From: a virus
Length of the DNA stretch: 51,796 nucleotides
Reading direction: 5' to 3' (one strand)
IMG/VR virus record: IMGVR_UViG_3300048918_000059
The notes under the pieces were generated by a model, which was not told the origin of the DNA, ran no database searches, and worked only from the letters and a program-made list of their open reading frames with translations. Below, piece by piece: positions 37,561 to 46,291 of the stretch. The stretch's first letter is position 1. The number at the start of each line of letters is the position of its first letter. Position numbers and translations under genes: made by a program.

Positions 37561-37997
37561 ACCGCTTAGACGCCAAGAATGAGATATTCGGCGTTGTGGC
37601 ATCGCAGTGGGCAACCGTGCTTACTCCCATTGTAGGCACTAACCATGAAATACGTTATTTTGGCGTAAAGTATCCTACAGAAGTTGCTGTTACTAAGTAT
37701 TGGGGACGGCTTTCGCTTCAAACGGTTAGTGAAGATCAAGAGAATTTGCGTAACATTGAACGGCGTTATCGCTCTTACGGCATTGCTATGCTTTTGTTGT
37801 TCGTGCCGATCAACGACAGCCAAGCGGCCACCAAGCTAGACCAAATCAGCGATGGCCTACGAAACCTATTCCGCCATTGCACCGCCGCTGATAATGTGCA
37901 ATTCTCGCGCGCAAGAGTAGTTGACAACATTGACCCGGAAGCGGCTTGGCTGCGCGCCAACGTTGTAGCCGAATTTGAATATAACCAATTTGTCTAG
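37557..37997 (+). CDS. tail completion/terminator-like protein (by position)
   Basis: 146 aa with a TTG start (TTGA overlap). Confidence 0.4.
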   Translation: MNRLDAKNEIFGVVASQWATVLTPIVGTNHEIRYFGVKYPTEVAVTKYWGRLSLQTVSEDQENLRNIERRYRSYGIAMLLLFVPINDSQAATKLDQISDGLRNLFRHCTAADNVQFSRARVVDNIDPEAAWLRANVVAEFEYNQFV

Positions 37998-38008
37998 GAA
38001 TAAGCGAT

Positions 38009-39562
38009 ATGGCTGATACGCAATCGGGCAATCTTACCGGCCTTTATTACGCCGAGGAAACGAGCCTTAAGGTGCTTCCCGGCACCGATGGGGCGGATGC
38101 TATTTGGTACGAGCGCGAGCCTAATTCGTATTCAGATTTTGGCGGCGAGTACAGCCTAACCACACGCGCACCGATTACACATGATCGCCAGCGCCGCAAG
38201 GGTGCTGTGACGGATGTAGAGCCTAGCGGCGGCTGGAATGAGGATTTGACGGCCAACAACTTTCCCCGGCTGTTGCAGGGCTTCCTTTTCGCCAATGCCC
38301 GCGAGAAGGCCAGCACGCAGCCCCTTAACGGCACGCAACGCACGATTACGGGTGTGACTGCCACGGACGACCGTTACGCCGCTGCGGCGGGCATGACGAT
38401 GTTTGTTGTCGGGCATTTGGTGTTCGCTAGTGGTTTCACGACCGCAGCAAACAATGGGCTTAAGCGCGTCACTAGCAGCGCAGCCGGTTACGCTGGCGTT
38501 GCCGAAGCATTGACCGACGAAACCCCGTCTAGCACGGCCAAGGTTCAGGCCGTTGGTTTCCAATTTGGTTCTGCTACGTCTGCATTAGACGTTTCGGCAG
38601 ATAACCTTAAGCTTACCGAAAGCACTACCGATCTAACTACGCTTGGCCTTAGCGTTGGTGAATGGATTATTGTTGGCGGAGACAGCGCGGCTTATCGTTT
38701 TGCTGACACTGGCGACAATTCGCCTTTCTATGCTCGCATTAGTGCAATTACCACCGGCTCTTTGACGTTTGATAAAACTACTGGCGTTCAAACTGACGTT
38801 GCAGGCACTGGTAAGACGATCCGCATTTTCTTTCCTAATCGCATTATTCGCAATGAGGAAGATTGCACGCTAATCCGCATGAAGTCTTACACTTTGGAAA
38901 GGCAGTACGGTTGCGGTGCCGGGAATGTAGAAGCTGAGTATATCTTGGGTAGCATCCCGAACGAACTGACGATCAACATTCCTACACCGGGGGCAGATGC
39001 AAAGGTAAACTTAGACCTTGCCTTTGTAGGCATGGAAGTTGATTACCGCAACGTTACGGATGGCGTTTATGTCGGTACGCGCGTTTCTTCGCTTAACGAA
39101 GGCTTCTTTGGCACTTCGTTAAATGTCTATCAGAATAAGCTTGCTGTGCTTGATCCGGCTACGCTCAACCCGACTGCACTTGTTGCTTACTTGTCAGAAG
39201 CAACTATTACAGTTAACAACAATGTCTCTGGCGTTAAGGCAATCGGCAGCTTTGGCAACGCAGGCACCAATGTAGGCACGTTTGATGTAGGCGCTTCTAC
39301 AACGGGTTGGTGGAACGGTGTTGCTGTTCCGCTCGCTGTGCGCAACTCGACGGATGCAACGTGGCATACGATTTTAACCAAGCAGAACGCAGCAATTGTG
39401 TTCGATATGCCTCTGGTAGCCTTGGGCAACGGTCGTGCGGCTGTCGAGGCTAATGCGCCGGTTACGATCCCGCTGGACGTTTCAGCGGCTAAGGGTTCGG
39501 CGGGCTACACCCTTATGACTTGCTTTTTCCCTTATGTGCCTACGGTGGCAATGGCCGCTTGA
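38009..39562 (+). CDS. major tail protein (large, probably with extra decoration domain)
   Basis: 517 aa, located just upstream of the chaperone/tape-measure genes and followed by a strong terminator. No separate tube gene follows, so a sheath is unlikely. Confidence 0.5.
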   Translation: MADTQSGNLTGLYYAEETSLKVLPGTDGADAIWYEREPNSYSDFGGEYSLTTRAPITHDRQRRKGAVTDVEPSGGWNEDLTANNFPRLLQGFLFANAREKASTQPLNGTQRTITGVTATDDRYAAAAGMTMFVVGHLVFASGFTTAANNGLKRVTSSAAGYAGVAEALTDETPSSTAKVQAVGFQFGSATSALDVSADNLKLTESTTDLTTLGLSVGEWIIVGGDSAAYRFADTGDNSPFYARISAITTGSLTFDKTTGVQTDVAGTGKTIRIFFPNRIIRNEEDCTLIRMKSYTLERQYGCGAGNVEAEYILGSIPNELTINIPTPGADAKVNLDLAFVGMEVDYRNVTDGVYVGTRVSSLNEGFFGTSLNVYQNKLAVLDPATLNPTALVAYLSEATITVNNNVSGVKAIGSFGNAGTNVGTFDVGASTTGWWNGVAVPLAVRNSTDATWHTILTKQNAAIVFDMPLVALGNGRAAVEANAPVTIPLDVSAAKGSAGYTLMTCFFPYVPTVAMAA

Positions 39563-39586
39563 TAATTCGAGCGAAGGGGCTTAAGG

Positions 39587-39617
39587 TAAGGCGGGCTTTC
39601 GGGTCCGCCTTATTTTT
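39587..39617 (+). terminator. rho-independent terminator
   Basis: TAAGGCGGGC-TTTCGG-GTCCGCCTTA followed by TTTTTATG. Confidence 0.75.
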
Positions 39618-39635
39618 ATGTATGGAATGAGATTG

Positions 39636-39776
39636 ATGGCAGATGTTTATGGAGCAACGTCTAAAGATGGCGTTGATATTTGGGCTAATAGCCAAGAGGA
39701 AGCCGATAAAATTGCAACTATGACGGCAGAAGAATATCTTGGCCCTAAGCCGGAAGCAAAGGACGATAACAAGTGA
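39636..39776 (+). CDS. hypothetical acidic protein (46 aa, below track cutoff)
   Basis: Hand translation MADVYGATSKDGVDIWANSQEEADKIATMTAEEYLGPKPEAKDDNK. The stop overlaps the next GTG start. Confidence 0.45.
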   Translation: MADVYGATSKDGVDIWANSQEEADKIATMTAEEYLGPKPEAKDDNK

Positions 39777-40180
39777 GCATTAAGAAATTCAAGCAGGACG
39801 GCAGCAAGGCAAACGAAGGCGTTTGGTTTGATTACCCTGCAAATACCGATAACACTATTCCGCGAGTAAAGCTTGCGCGCGAAGGCCGCTCTAACAAGAA
39901 GTGGCTTGCAACCTTCCGTGACGTAACGAAGGACTTGGACACCGATAACCTTTCGGCGGAAGAAGATTTTGCGACGGGTGTTGAAGTGTTCTCGCGTGCC
40001 GTTGTTTTAGTTTGGGAAAATATCCAGCCTAACGATGATGGCGTTGCCCTTGCCGACACGGTAGAAGCAAAGCTTGCCCTTCTTTCCGATCCTGATTGGA
40101 CTGACTTTTATAGCGATCTAAAGGACAAGGCTAACGACCGTGCTAACTTTAAGTCGAAGGAAAAGGCCGCAAAAAACTAA
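39773..40180 (+). CDS. tail assembly chaperone (lambda G-like)
   Basis: 135 aa, located upstream of the tape measure. It ends with the slippery heptamer A-AAA-AAC immediately before the stop. Confidence 0.7.
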   Translation: MSIKKFKQDGSKANEGVWFDYPANTDNTIPRVKLAREGRSNKKWLATFRDVTKDLDTDNLSAEEDFATGVEVFSRAVVLVWENIQPNDDGVALADTVEAKLALLSDPDWTDFYSDLKDKANDRANFKSKEKAAKN

Positions 40181-40551
40181 TAAACGCGGTAGTTTTTCAA
40201 AGTGATTTCAAAGGCACCGACGAACAACTAACCGCGCAGATGATAAGGGACGGCGTAAAACCTGTAGGCAGAATATTGCAACGGCCTAAATTGCCTACAG
40301 GTTTAATTCTCTATTACGAAGCGTTCTTTGACCTTGACACAGAACGTAATCACGGAATGGGCTTTACGGCTATTCCGTGGAGTGCTATTGTCCGCTATGG
40401 CGAGTATTACGAGCTAGATACGGATGAGTTAATTTACTTTATCCGCAAAATAGACAACGCACATTTAGAACGTTTAGCTAGGGAAAGCAAGAGTGGGAAA
40501 AACACTACTAGACCTAGCGAAACGAATGGAAGCGCTACCGGACAAAATTGA
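39773..40551 (+). CDS. tail assembly chaperone frameshift product (lambda GT-like), -1 shift at 40171-40177
   Basis: The -1 frame from 40177 is continuous with the track ORF 40240..40551 (...MIRDGVKPVGRILQ...). This is the conserved G/GT arrangement upstream of tape-measure genes. Confidence 0.65.
40171..40177 (+). promoter_or_regulatory. -1 programmed ribosomal frameshift slippery site A_AAA_AAC
   Basis: Zero frame reads GCA AAA AAC TAA. After a -1 slip the frame starting at 40177 is open (21 codons with no stop) and runs into ORF 40240..40551. Confidence 0.7.
40261..40301. repeat. 10-bp inverted repeat built from two copies of the abundant 8-mer
   Basis: CCTGTAGGCA (40261-40270) and TGCCTACAGG (40292-40301) with a 21-nt loop, inside the T extension. 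Confidence 0.9.
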
Positions 40552-40927
40552 AAAAGGTGCGAGCAACGTTGTGGTTTCAGTAGTCAAGGCTATTGATCGC
40601 GACGTTGTTCCGCATACGCCGGTTGATACCACAGAAGCTTTATCCAACTGGCAAGCTTCGCTTAATCAAAAAGCTGGTTTTGGCTTAGACGCCATTTTTC
40701 TCGGTAAAGCAGGCTCAACGGCTCCGCAATCGCAAGCTGCGGCTATATCGCATGTTGACAGAACATTACAGGCTAAGAAACCCGGCGAGCAGGTGTACTT
40801 GTCAAATCTTGCAAAGCATATCGTGCCTTTGAACAATGGTACTTCGGCGCAAGAGCCTAAAGGCTTTGTTGAGCGTGCAACCCTTATCGGCAGGCTTACA
40901 GCACGCCGCACCAAGCTAGGACTGTAG
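40493..40927 (+). CDS. HK97 gp10-like tail/neck component (144 aa)
   Basis: The pattern DRDVVPHTPVDTTEALSNWQAS resembles the gp10 family (P.dTG.L). Its placement between the chaperone and tape-measure genes is unusual. Confidence 0.45.
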   Translation: MGKTLLDLAKRMEALPDKIEKGASNVVVSVVKAIDRDVVPHTPVDTTEALSNWQASLNQKAGFGLDAIFLGKAGSTAPQSQAAAISHVDRTLQAKKPGEQVYLSNLAKHIVPLNNGTSAQEPKGFVERATLIGRLTARRTKLGL

Positions 40928-40929
40928 GC

Positions 40930-43900
40930 ATGGATGAACGTATTGACATCGAAGTTGTCGATAAGGTTGCTAAGTCGATCAAGCCTGAACTTTTGGGCAT
41001 CAGCGCAGCGGCTAAGAACGCCTATACTCAGATTGCCAAGCTAAAGCGCGAACTAGGTGTTACTGGCGGGTCCGGTATGGGCGCGACCATGAAGGCTGTT
41101 GCCAGCGCAGAGCGAGACGCTACTAGGGCAAGTCGTGAGAGGGCTTCGCAGGCCAGCGCTACCGCGAGAGCCTTAGATAAGGAAGCAGCCGCAGCCGCTA
41201 AGCTGGCGGCGAAATATCAGCAACAGGCGCGGGCGGCGTCCTCGCAATCTGCTTACAACAAATCGGCGGGGATTGGACGCTCTACGAAGTCGGCTGCGGA
41301 TAGCTACAAAGCTTTTGATGATCACGGTTTGATTGATAAAACTTCTGCTAGCTTAGACAACATGGGCAAGAAAGCCGAGCTTGGCCGTCATCATCTTTTG
41401 AATTTAGGTTTTCAGCTTCAAGATTTGTTTGTGTCCCTGCAAGCTGGTCAAAATCCGCTTACCGTGTTTATTCAGCAAGGCGGGCAAATTGGTCAGATTG
41501 CCGCGCAGTCCGGTGTAGGTATTGGCGGCATGGCTAAGGCTATTGGTGGAGTGCTGGCTAAAGCTGTGTTTTCCGCAACCGCTGGGTTAGTTGCTCTTGG
41601 GGCCGGGGCTGTTGCTGTAGGCTATGCTTTTATTTCTGGCTCGCAGGATAGTGCAAGACTTAGCAATTCGCTTTCTATTAGCACGAACAAAGCAAATCTA
41701 ACTACACAGTCGCTATATAAGCTTTCCGATAGCATTGCAGATAGTACCAATAAAAGTGTTTCTTCTGTTCGCGAGATTGCATCTGCTTATGCAATTGATG
41801 GGCGATACTCGCTTAAAGCTGTCACAGACCTTACGATTGCAACTCAGAAATTTGCAGACCTTACCGGCAAGAGCGCTAGTGATGTTGTTTCCGAATGGTC
41901 TAAAATGGCTGAAGGTCCAACGGACTTTGCCTACAAGTTGGCCGAAAGCTACGACTTATTAACGCTTAAGCAGATCGAACAAATTCGTAAACTTGAAGAA
42001 CAAGGCCAAGCTTCTCAGGCTACCGAAGTGCTAGTTTCTTCGCTTAAGAGTAAGCTAGAACAACAGACGGTCAATCTTGGTTATCTTGAGCAAGCATGGC
42101 GCGGTGTAACCAATGCTATTTCCGATGCTTGGACTGCACTTAAGAATTGGGGTGCGGAAGCTAACACAGCACGACCTTGGACACAAGTTGTTAACGATTT
42201 AGAGCGCGAGCGTGCTAAATTAAAAGGCACTACTGTTGGCGATCAAGATTATGTCGGCAGGCGTTTAAAGCAACTTGACGGTGAAATTGGCAAAGCAAAG
42301 CAATGGGCTGCTATCGAGGAAAAGCGGCGTAAGACTTCCGCCGAAACGGCTAAAGTTCAACGCGAGGGCATTGCGGCTAGTGCGGCTGTAACGGCTCAAA
42401 CTGCACGGTTTGCGGATGATAGCGAACGCGCCGCGCGAGCGGTTAAAGAATATAAGGATAATATTGAAAAGATTAAGCGTGCTGGTGGTACTGTACCTAC
42501 AGATAAGCAACAGGCGCAGACTATCGCCGGTATTGAAAAGCAATATACGCCTTATACCAATTCGCACAAGCCTAAGAAGCTCAAGGAAAGCGAAGCTGAA
42601 AAGCTCGCAAAACGCCAACAAAAGGCATTGAGAGAAATAAATGCCGATCTTGCTCGCGAAGCTGATATTTTAGCCCAAGGCAACGTAGGCATTGATGCGA
42701 CGATTGCCGAGCGCATGAATAGCATTGCAGATAGCTTAGATAATGTAAAGATTTCGCTTAAAGATGCTAATGGTAATTGGACTGAATACGGTAAGAAAGT
42801 TCTTGTTGCTGTAACTGCTAATGAAGAAGCTAAACGATCTTTAGCAACCTTTGCTTCCATTTACGATGCTGCTGTAAAGCCTGCCGGCGATTGGGCTATT
42901 GCACAAGAGCAAGCGGCCAAAGCTATTGAAAAATGGGGTGCTGAGGCTGATAAGGCTGATTTAATTAATAAATGGCTTGCTGAACAAAAGGAAGATTATC
43001 TTAACGCAACTAACCCGATGCTTGCTTACAACAAGTCTATGCGGGATCAATCGACGCTTTTAAAGTACTACGGTAAAGAATTAGAAATACAGACTGAAAT
43101 TCAACGGCGCTATAACGACATGGTTGCCGCCAATCCTGCGTTGAAAGATACTTTAGACAAAAATTCGCTAAGAGGGGAAGTTGCTAAGGATCGCAACGCT
43201 AATGACAATCAAAGCTTTCTTAGCGATCTTGAGCAATCAGGTTTGCAAAATAGCGGGCAAAATGTTGGTGGTAATAATTGGTTACTTGACAACTACAAAA
43301 ATTTGTATGCGCAAATCGATGCGATGCGTAAGGGTGATGTTGAAAGCGAGCGCAACGCACAGGCTGCAAAGCGCGAGTTGGATAGGCGCTATCTAGACGC
43401 GCGCTTAGAAGGTACTCGAACTACGCTAGATGCTCTTTCCAGTCTTCAAGATAGCAAGACCAAGGAATTTGCAGCTATCGGCAAAGCGGCGGCTGTAGCA
43501 CAAGCAACTATTGATGGCATTCTTGCCGTTCAAAAAGCATTGGCTACTTTACCGCCTCCTGTTAACTTTGTAGCTGCGGCTGCTATTGGCGTTGCTACTG
43601 CCGCAAATGTTGCAAAGATTACCGGTATCGGCTTTCAGAAGGGCGGCTATACCGGCGATATGCCCGCGCACGCTGCTGTAGGGGCCGTGCATGGTCGGGA
43701 GTACGTTATGGACGCTAATGCTACCGCTCGCATTGGTGTGCCTGCTCTAGATGCTCTTCGCTCGGGACGCTTGAACCCCGGCCCTGCAAATGATAATCGC
43801 GGTGCTAAGGTGACTGTAATTAATAACGCCAATGCCGAAATTGTGGTAAGAGAACGCAGCGATGGAGAATTGGAAATTATGGTCGATCGTCGTTTAGAAG

Positions 43901-43998
43901 CAAAGTTTGGCGAAACGATGCAAAGGCATATGAGCCAGCCGAACTCAAAGGCCAGCCAAGCTGTAGGCAGCAACTTCAAAGTAAGGCGCAATCGTTAA
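40930..43998 (+). CDS. tape measure protein
   Basis: 1022 aa, long helical/coiled-coil sequence with a central hydrophobic Gly/Ala-rich segment, located after the G/GT genes. Confidence 0.9.
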   Translation: MDERIDIEVVDKVAKSIKPELLGISAAAKNAYTQIAKLKRELGVTGGSGMGATMKAVASAERDATRASRERASQASATARALDKEAAAAAKLAAKYQQQARAASSQSAYNKSAGIGRSTKSAADSYKAFDDHGLIDKTSASLDNMGKKAELGRHHLLNLGFQLQDLFVSLQAGQNPLTVFIQQGGQIGQIAAQSGVGIGGMAKAIGGVLAKAVFSATAGLVALGAGAVAVGYAFISGSQDSARLSNSLSISTNKANLTTQSLYKLSDSIADSTNKSVSSVREIASAYAIDGRYSLKAVTDLTIATQKFADLTGKSASDVVSEWSKMAEGPTDFAYKLAESYDLLTLKQIEQIRKLEEQGQASQATEVLVSSLKSKLEQQTVNLGYLEQAWRGVTNAISDAWTALKNWGAEANTARPWTQVVNDLERERAKLKGTTVGDQDYVGRRLKQLDGEIGKAKQWAAIEEKRRKTSAETAKVQREGIAASAAVTAQTARFADDSERAARAVKEYKDNIEKIKRAGGTVPTDKQQAQTIAGIEKQYTPYTNSHKPKKLKESEAEKLAKRQQKALREINADLAREADILAQGNVGIDATIAERMNSIADSLDNVKISLKDANGNWTEYGKKVLVAVTANEEAKRSLATFASIYDAAVKPAGDWAIAQEQAAKAIEKWGAEADKADLINKWLAEQKEDYLNATNPMLAYNKSMRDQSTLLKYYGKELEIQTEIQRRYNDMVAANPALKDTLDKNSLRGEVAKDRNANDNQSFLSDLEQSGLQNSGQNVGGNNWLLDNYKNLYAQIDAMRKGDVESERNAQAAKRELDRRYLDARLEGTRTTLDALSSLQDSKTKEFAAIGKAAAVAQATIDGILAVQKALATLPPPVNFVAAAAIGVATAANVAKITGIGFQKGGYTGDMPAHAAVGAVHGREYVMDANATARIGVPALDALRSGRLNPGPANDNRGAKVTVINNANAEIVVRERSDGELEIMVDRRLEAKFGETMQRHMSQPNSKASQAVGSNFKVRRNR

Positions 43999-44474
43999 TG
44001 GAGAAGTTGCAGCTCAGGCCAGATACCCAAGGCTATTCCGTACAGGATGGCGAAGACGTTATCGCTATTGAATTGGACGGCGGCGCAGGGCGTTACATTC
44101 GCGATAAATGGGGAAGCACAAGCCGTGTTGCTGTAACTTGGACTTTGTTACCTGCGCAGCATCAATACTTGCGGGCTTTCTATAACACAACAATCCAAAA
44201 AGGCGCGCTGCCCTTTCTGTGCGATCTTATTCTAGACAATCCGCAGCCGGTTGAGCATGTTTGTCGTATTGTTCCTAAAACGATGAATTTGGGTAGCCAA
44301 CAAGGCTACGCCTACATTTCTAGTTGCACGTTTGAAGTAGAACCGATTGAGGCAGATTCAGAGTTAGATAACGGGCTGGTAATGCTTTATGAAGAATACG
44401 GCGAAGGCGCTTGGGATATACTAAATCTTTTAGAAAAATTAGTCAATGAAGATTTGCCTGAGATTAATCCATGA
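43998..44474 (+). CDS. distal/minor tail protein (lambda M-like position)
   Basis: 158 aa, TAATG-coupled to the tape measure. Confidence 0.5.
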   Translation: MEKLQLRPDTQGYSVQDGEDVIAIELDGGAGRYIRDKWGSTSRVAVTWTLLPAQHQYLRAFYNTTIQKGALPFLCDLILDNPQPVEHVCRIVPKTMNLGSQQGYAYISSCTFEVEPIEADSELDNGLVMLYEEYGEGAWDILNLLEKLVNEDLPEINP

Positions 44475-44959
44475 GCGATCTAACCGAATACTTTTTGAAC
44501 CGAACAGCAGACGTTGGGCGTTATGAATGTCTTTCGATTAGCCATCCGTCCTTTTCCAAAGTTTACAATATTGTCCGCAATGCTCGCTTGGGCATTGAAG
44601 CGGAAGACGTTGAGTACAGTTACTATCCGCTAGAAATTACTAGTATCAGCGCACGACCTAATCTTGACAGCGGCTTTAAGATTAACATGGGCGATCTTGG
44701 CGAGATTGTTCCAGTTGAATTAGATTTAGTAGCGGCGGAAGATACGTTTAACGTTAAACCTATCGTTGTGTGGCGCATGTATCGTTCGGACGATTTGACG
44801 CAGCCGTTGCAAGGTCCAGTTACTCTAGAAATTAAGGATTTTGCATTCAAGCGCGAAGGTTGTTCATTTGAGGCTAAAGCCCCTTCTTTGAACAATAATA
44901 GGACCGGCGAGTTGTATTCGTTGACGCGCTTCCCAATGTTGCGCGGGCTAATGACTTAG
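44471..44959 (+). CDS. minor tail protein (lambda L-like position)
   Basis: 162 aa with an ATGA overlap. Confidence 0.5.
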   Translation: MSDLTEYFLNRTADVGRYECLSISHPSFSKVYNIVRNARLGIEAEDVEYSYYPLEITSISARPNLDSGFKINMGDLGEIVPVELDLVAAEDTFNVKPIVVWRMYRSDDLTQPLQGPVTLEIKDFAFKREGCSFEAKAPSLNNNRTGELYSLTRFPMLRGLMT

Positions 44960-45267
44960 TGGAACAATGGTTAACTAAATATCGCCATAAAGGCTACGAT
45001 TGCTCAGACTTCGCAGCGGAAGTTCTAAACGTGCCTACAGAAGCGATTTCAGGGGCCTTGGCGACTCGAAAGGGCTGGCAACCTATTCGCGTGCCGGTTG
45101 AGCGTTCCTTGGTCATCCTGCGCCGCAATTCGGCGCCTCCCCATGTAGGCATATATACTTCAAACGGCGTCTTACACCTTGGCGAACGCTCTGCTATGTG
45201 GCAACCTATGCACGTAATCAGGCGCGACTATAACAATTTGAGATTTTATGCTCAGCGTAATAATTAA
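44959..45267 (+). CDS. tail tip assembly protein with NlpC/P60-type Cys-His motif (lambda K-like)
   Basis: 102 aa. GYDCSDFAAEV (Cys) and PPHVGIYTSNGVLH (His). Confidence 0.55.
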   Translation: MEQWLTKYRHKGYDCSDFAAEVLNVPTEAISGALATRKGWQPIRVPVERSLVILRRNSAPPHVGIYTSNGVLHLGERSAMWQPMHVIRRDYNNLRFYAQRNN

Positions 45268-46291
45268 TCGAAACGATCCGTTTTCGCTTGACGATTACGT
45301 ATTGTATGAAACTGATGATTTATGCGGGTTGCTCCAAAAAGAGTTTCCGGTATGGCCGGAACATGCGCGTATTTATCACAATCAAGTTGCAGAAGATTGC
45401 GATGTTACACCGACTGACACGCGAAGCATTGCCCGCTTGGAGCAATTAGAAGGCACGGTTTACGTTGTAGTTTATCCCGGCGACCCCGGAACCTTGGCAA
45501 TTATTGCTATTGCTGTTGCTGTTTTAAGCGCAGCGGCATTTTTGTTTCTTAGTCCTAAACTACCTGAAATGGGCTCAAGTCCATCTTCTAATAATTCGCT
45601 TAGTGAACGCTCTAATAAAGCTAGGCCTAATTCGCGCATTCCTGATATTTTCGGACAAGTCCGAAGCATACCGGACCTTATTGCAGTTCCTTACCGTATC
45701 TTTGAAAATAATGTGGAAGTTGAGATTGCTTACATGTGTGTGGGGCGGGGCTCATATCTTTTAGAGGACATTCGAGACGGCGATACCTACTTAAGTTCTA
45801 TTTCAGGTGCGGGCGCTACCTTTTATGGTCCTAACACTTCTCCAAACTATGGAACCCCGCAACTTCAAATCGGCTCTAGCATTACGGAGGATTTATACTC
45901 TGCTACCAAGCTAAATGAAGTCAACGGCCAAACACTAAAGCCGCCTAATGCAAATGCTGTCAAAGGTGCCGGAAATATTCGTTTCAACACGCCTAATCTT
46001 ATCGAAAGCATAGGTATAGACTTTACTAAAACTTTTGAAGATGGGCAGACGCTAATTGTAGGCAACGCTAATTACGGTGGAGGATATTCCTACAATACGG
46101 CGTTAGAAGATGCTCGTTTTTATCCAGACAAGACTATTGAATTTGATACGTTCGATCCTTCCAGCATTTTTACCGTAGGGCAGTCTTTGACTATCTCTAA
46201 CGCTGTGTTTACAGATGGCACGATTGTTGTTGATCTTTCTGGCACTTACATCATAGCTACTATTAACAGTACAACTATAGAGTTGATATAA
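45248..46291 (+). CDS. tail tip protein: lambda I-like N-terminal region fused to the start of a J-like host-specificity protein
   Basis: TVYVVVYPGDPGTLAIIAIAVAVLSAAAFLF is an I-like hydrophobic segment. It is followed by RPNSRIPDIFGQVRSIPDLI, which is typical of J-family N-termini. Confidence 0.5.
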   Translation: MLSVIINRNDPFSLDDYVLYETDDLCGLLQKEFPVWPEHARIYHNQVAEDCDVTPTDTRSIARLEQLEGTVYVVVYPGDPGTLAIIAIAVAVLSAAAFLFLSPKLPEMGSSPSSNNSLSERSNKARPNSRIPDIFGQVRSIPDLIAVPYRIFENNVEVEIAYMCVGRGSYLLEDIRDGDTYLSSISGAGATFYGPNTSPNYGTPQLQIGSSITEDLYSATKLNEVNGQTLKPPNANAVKGAGNIRFNTPNLIESIGIDFTKTFEDGQTLIVGNANYGGGYSYNTALEDARFYPDKTIEFDTFDPSSIFTVGQSLTISNAVFTDGTIVVDLSGTYIIATINSTTIELI

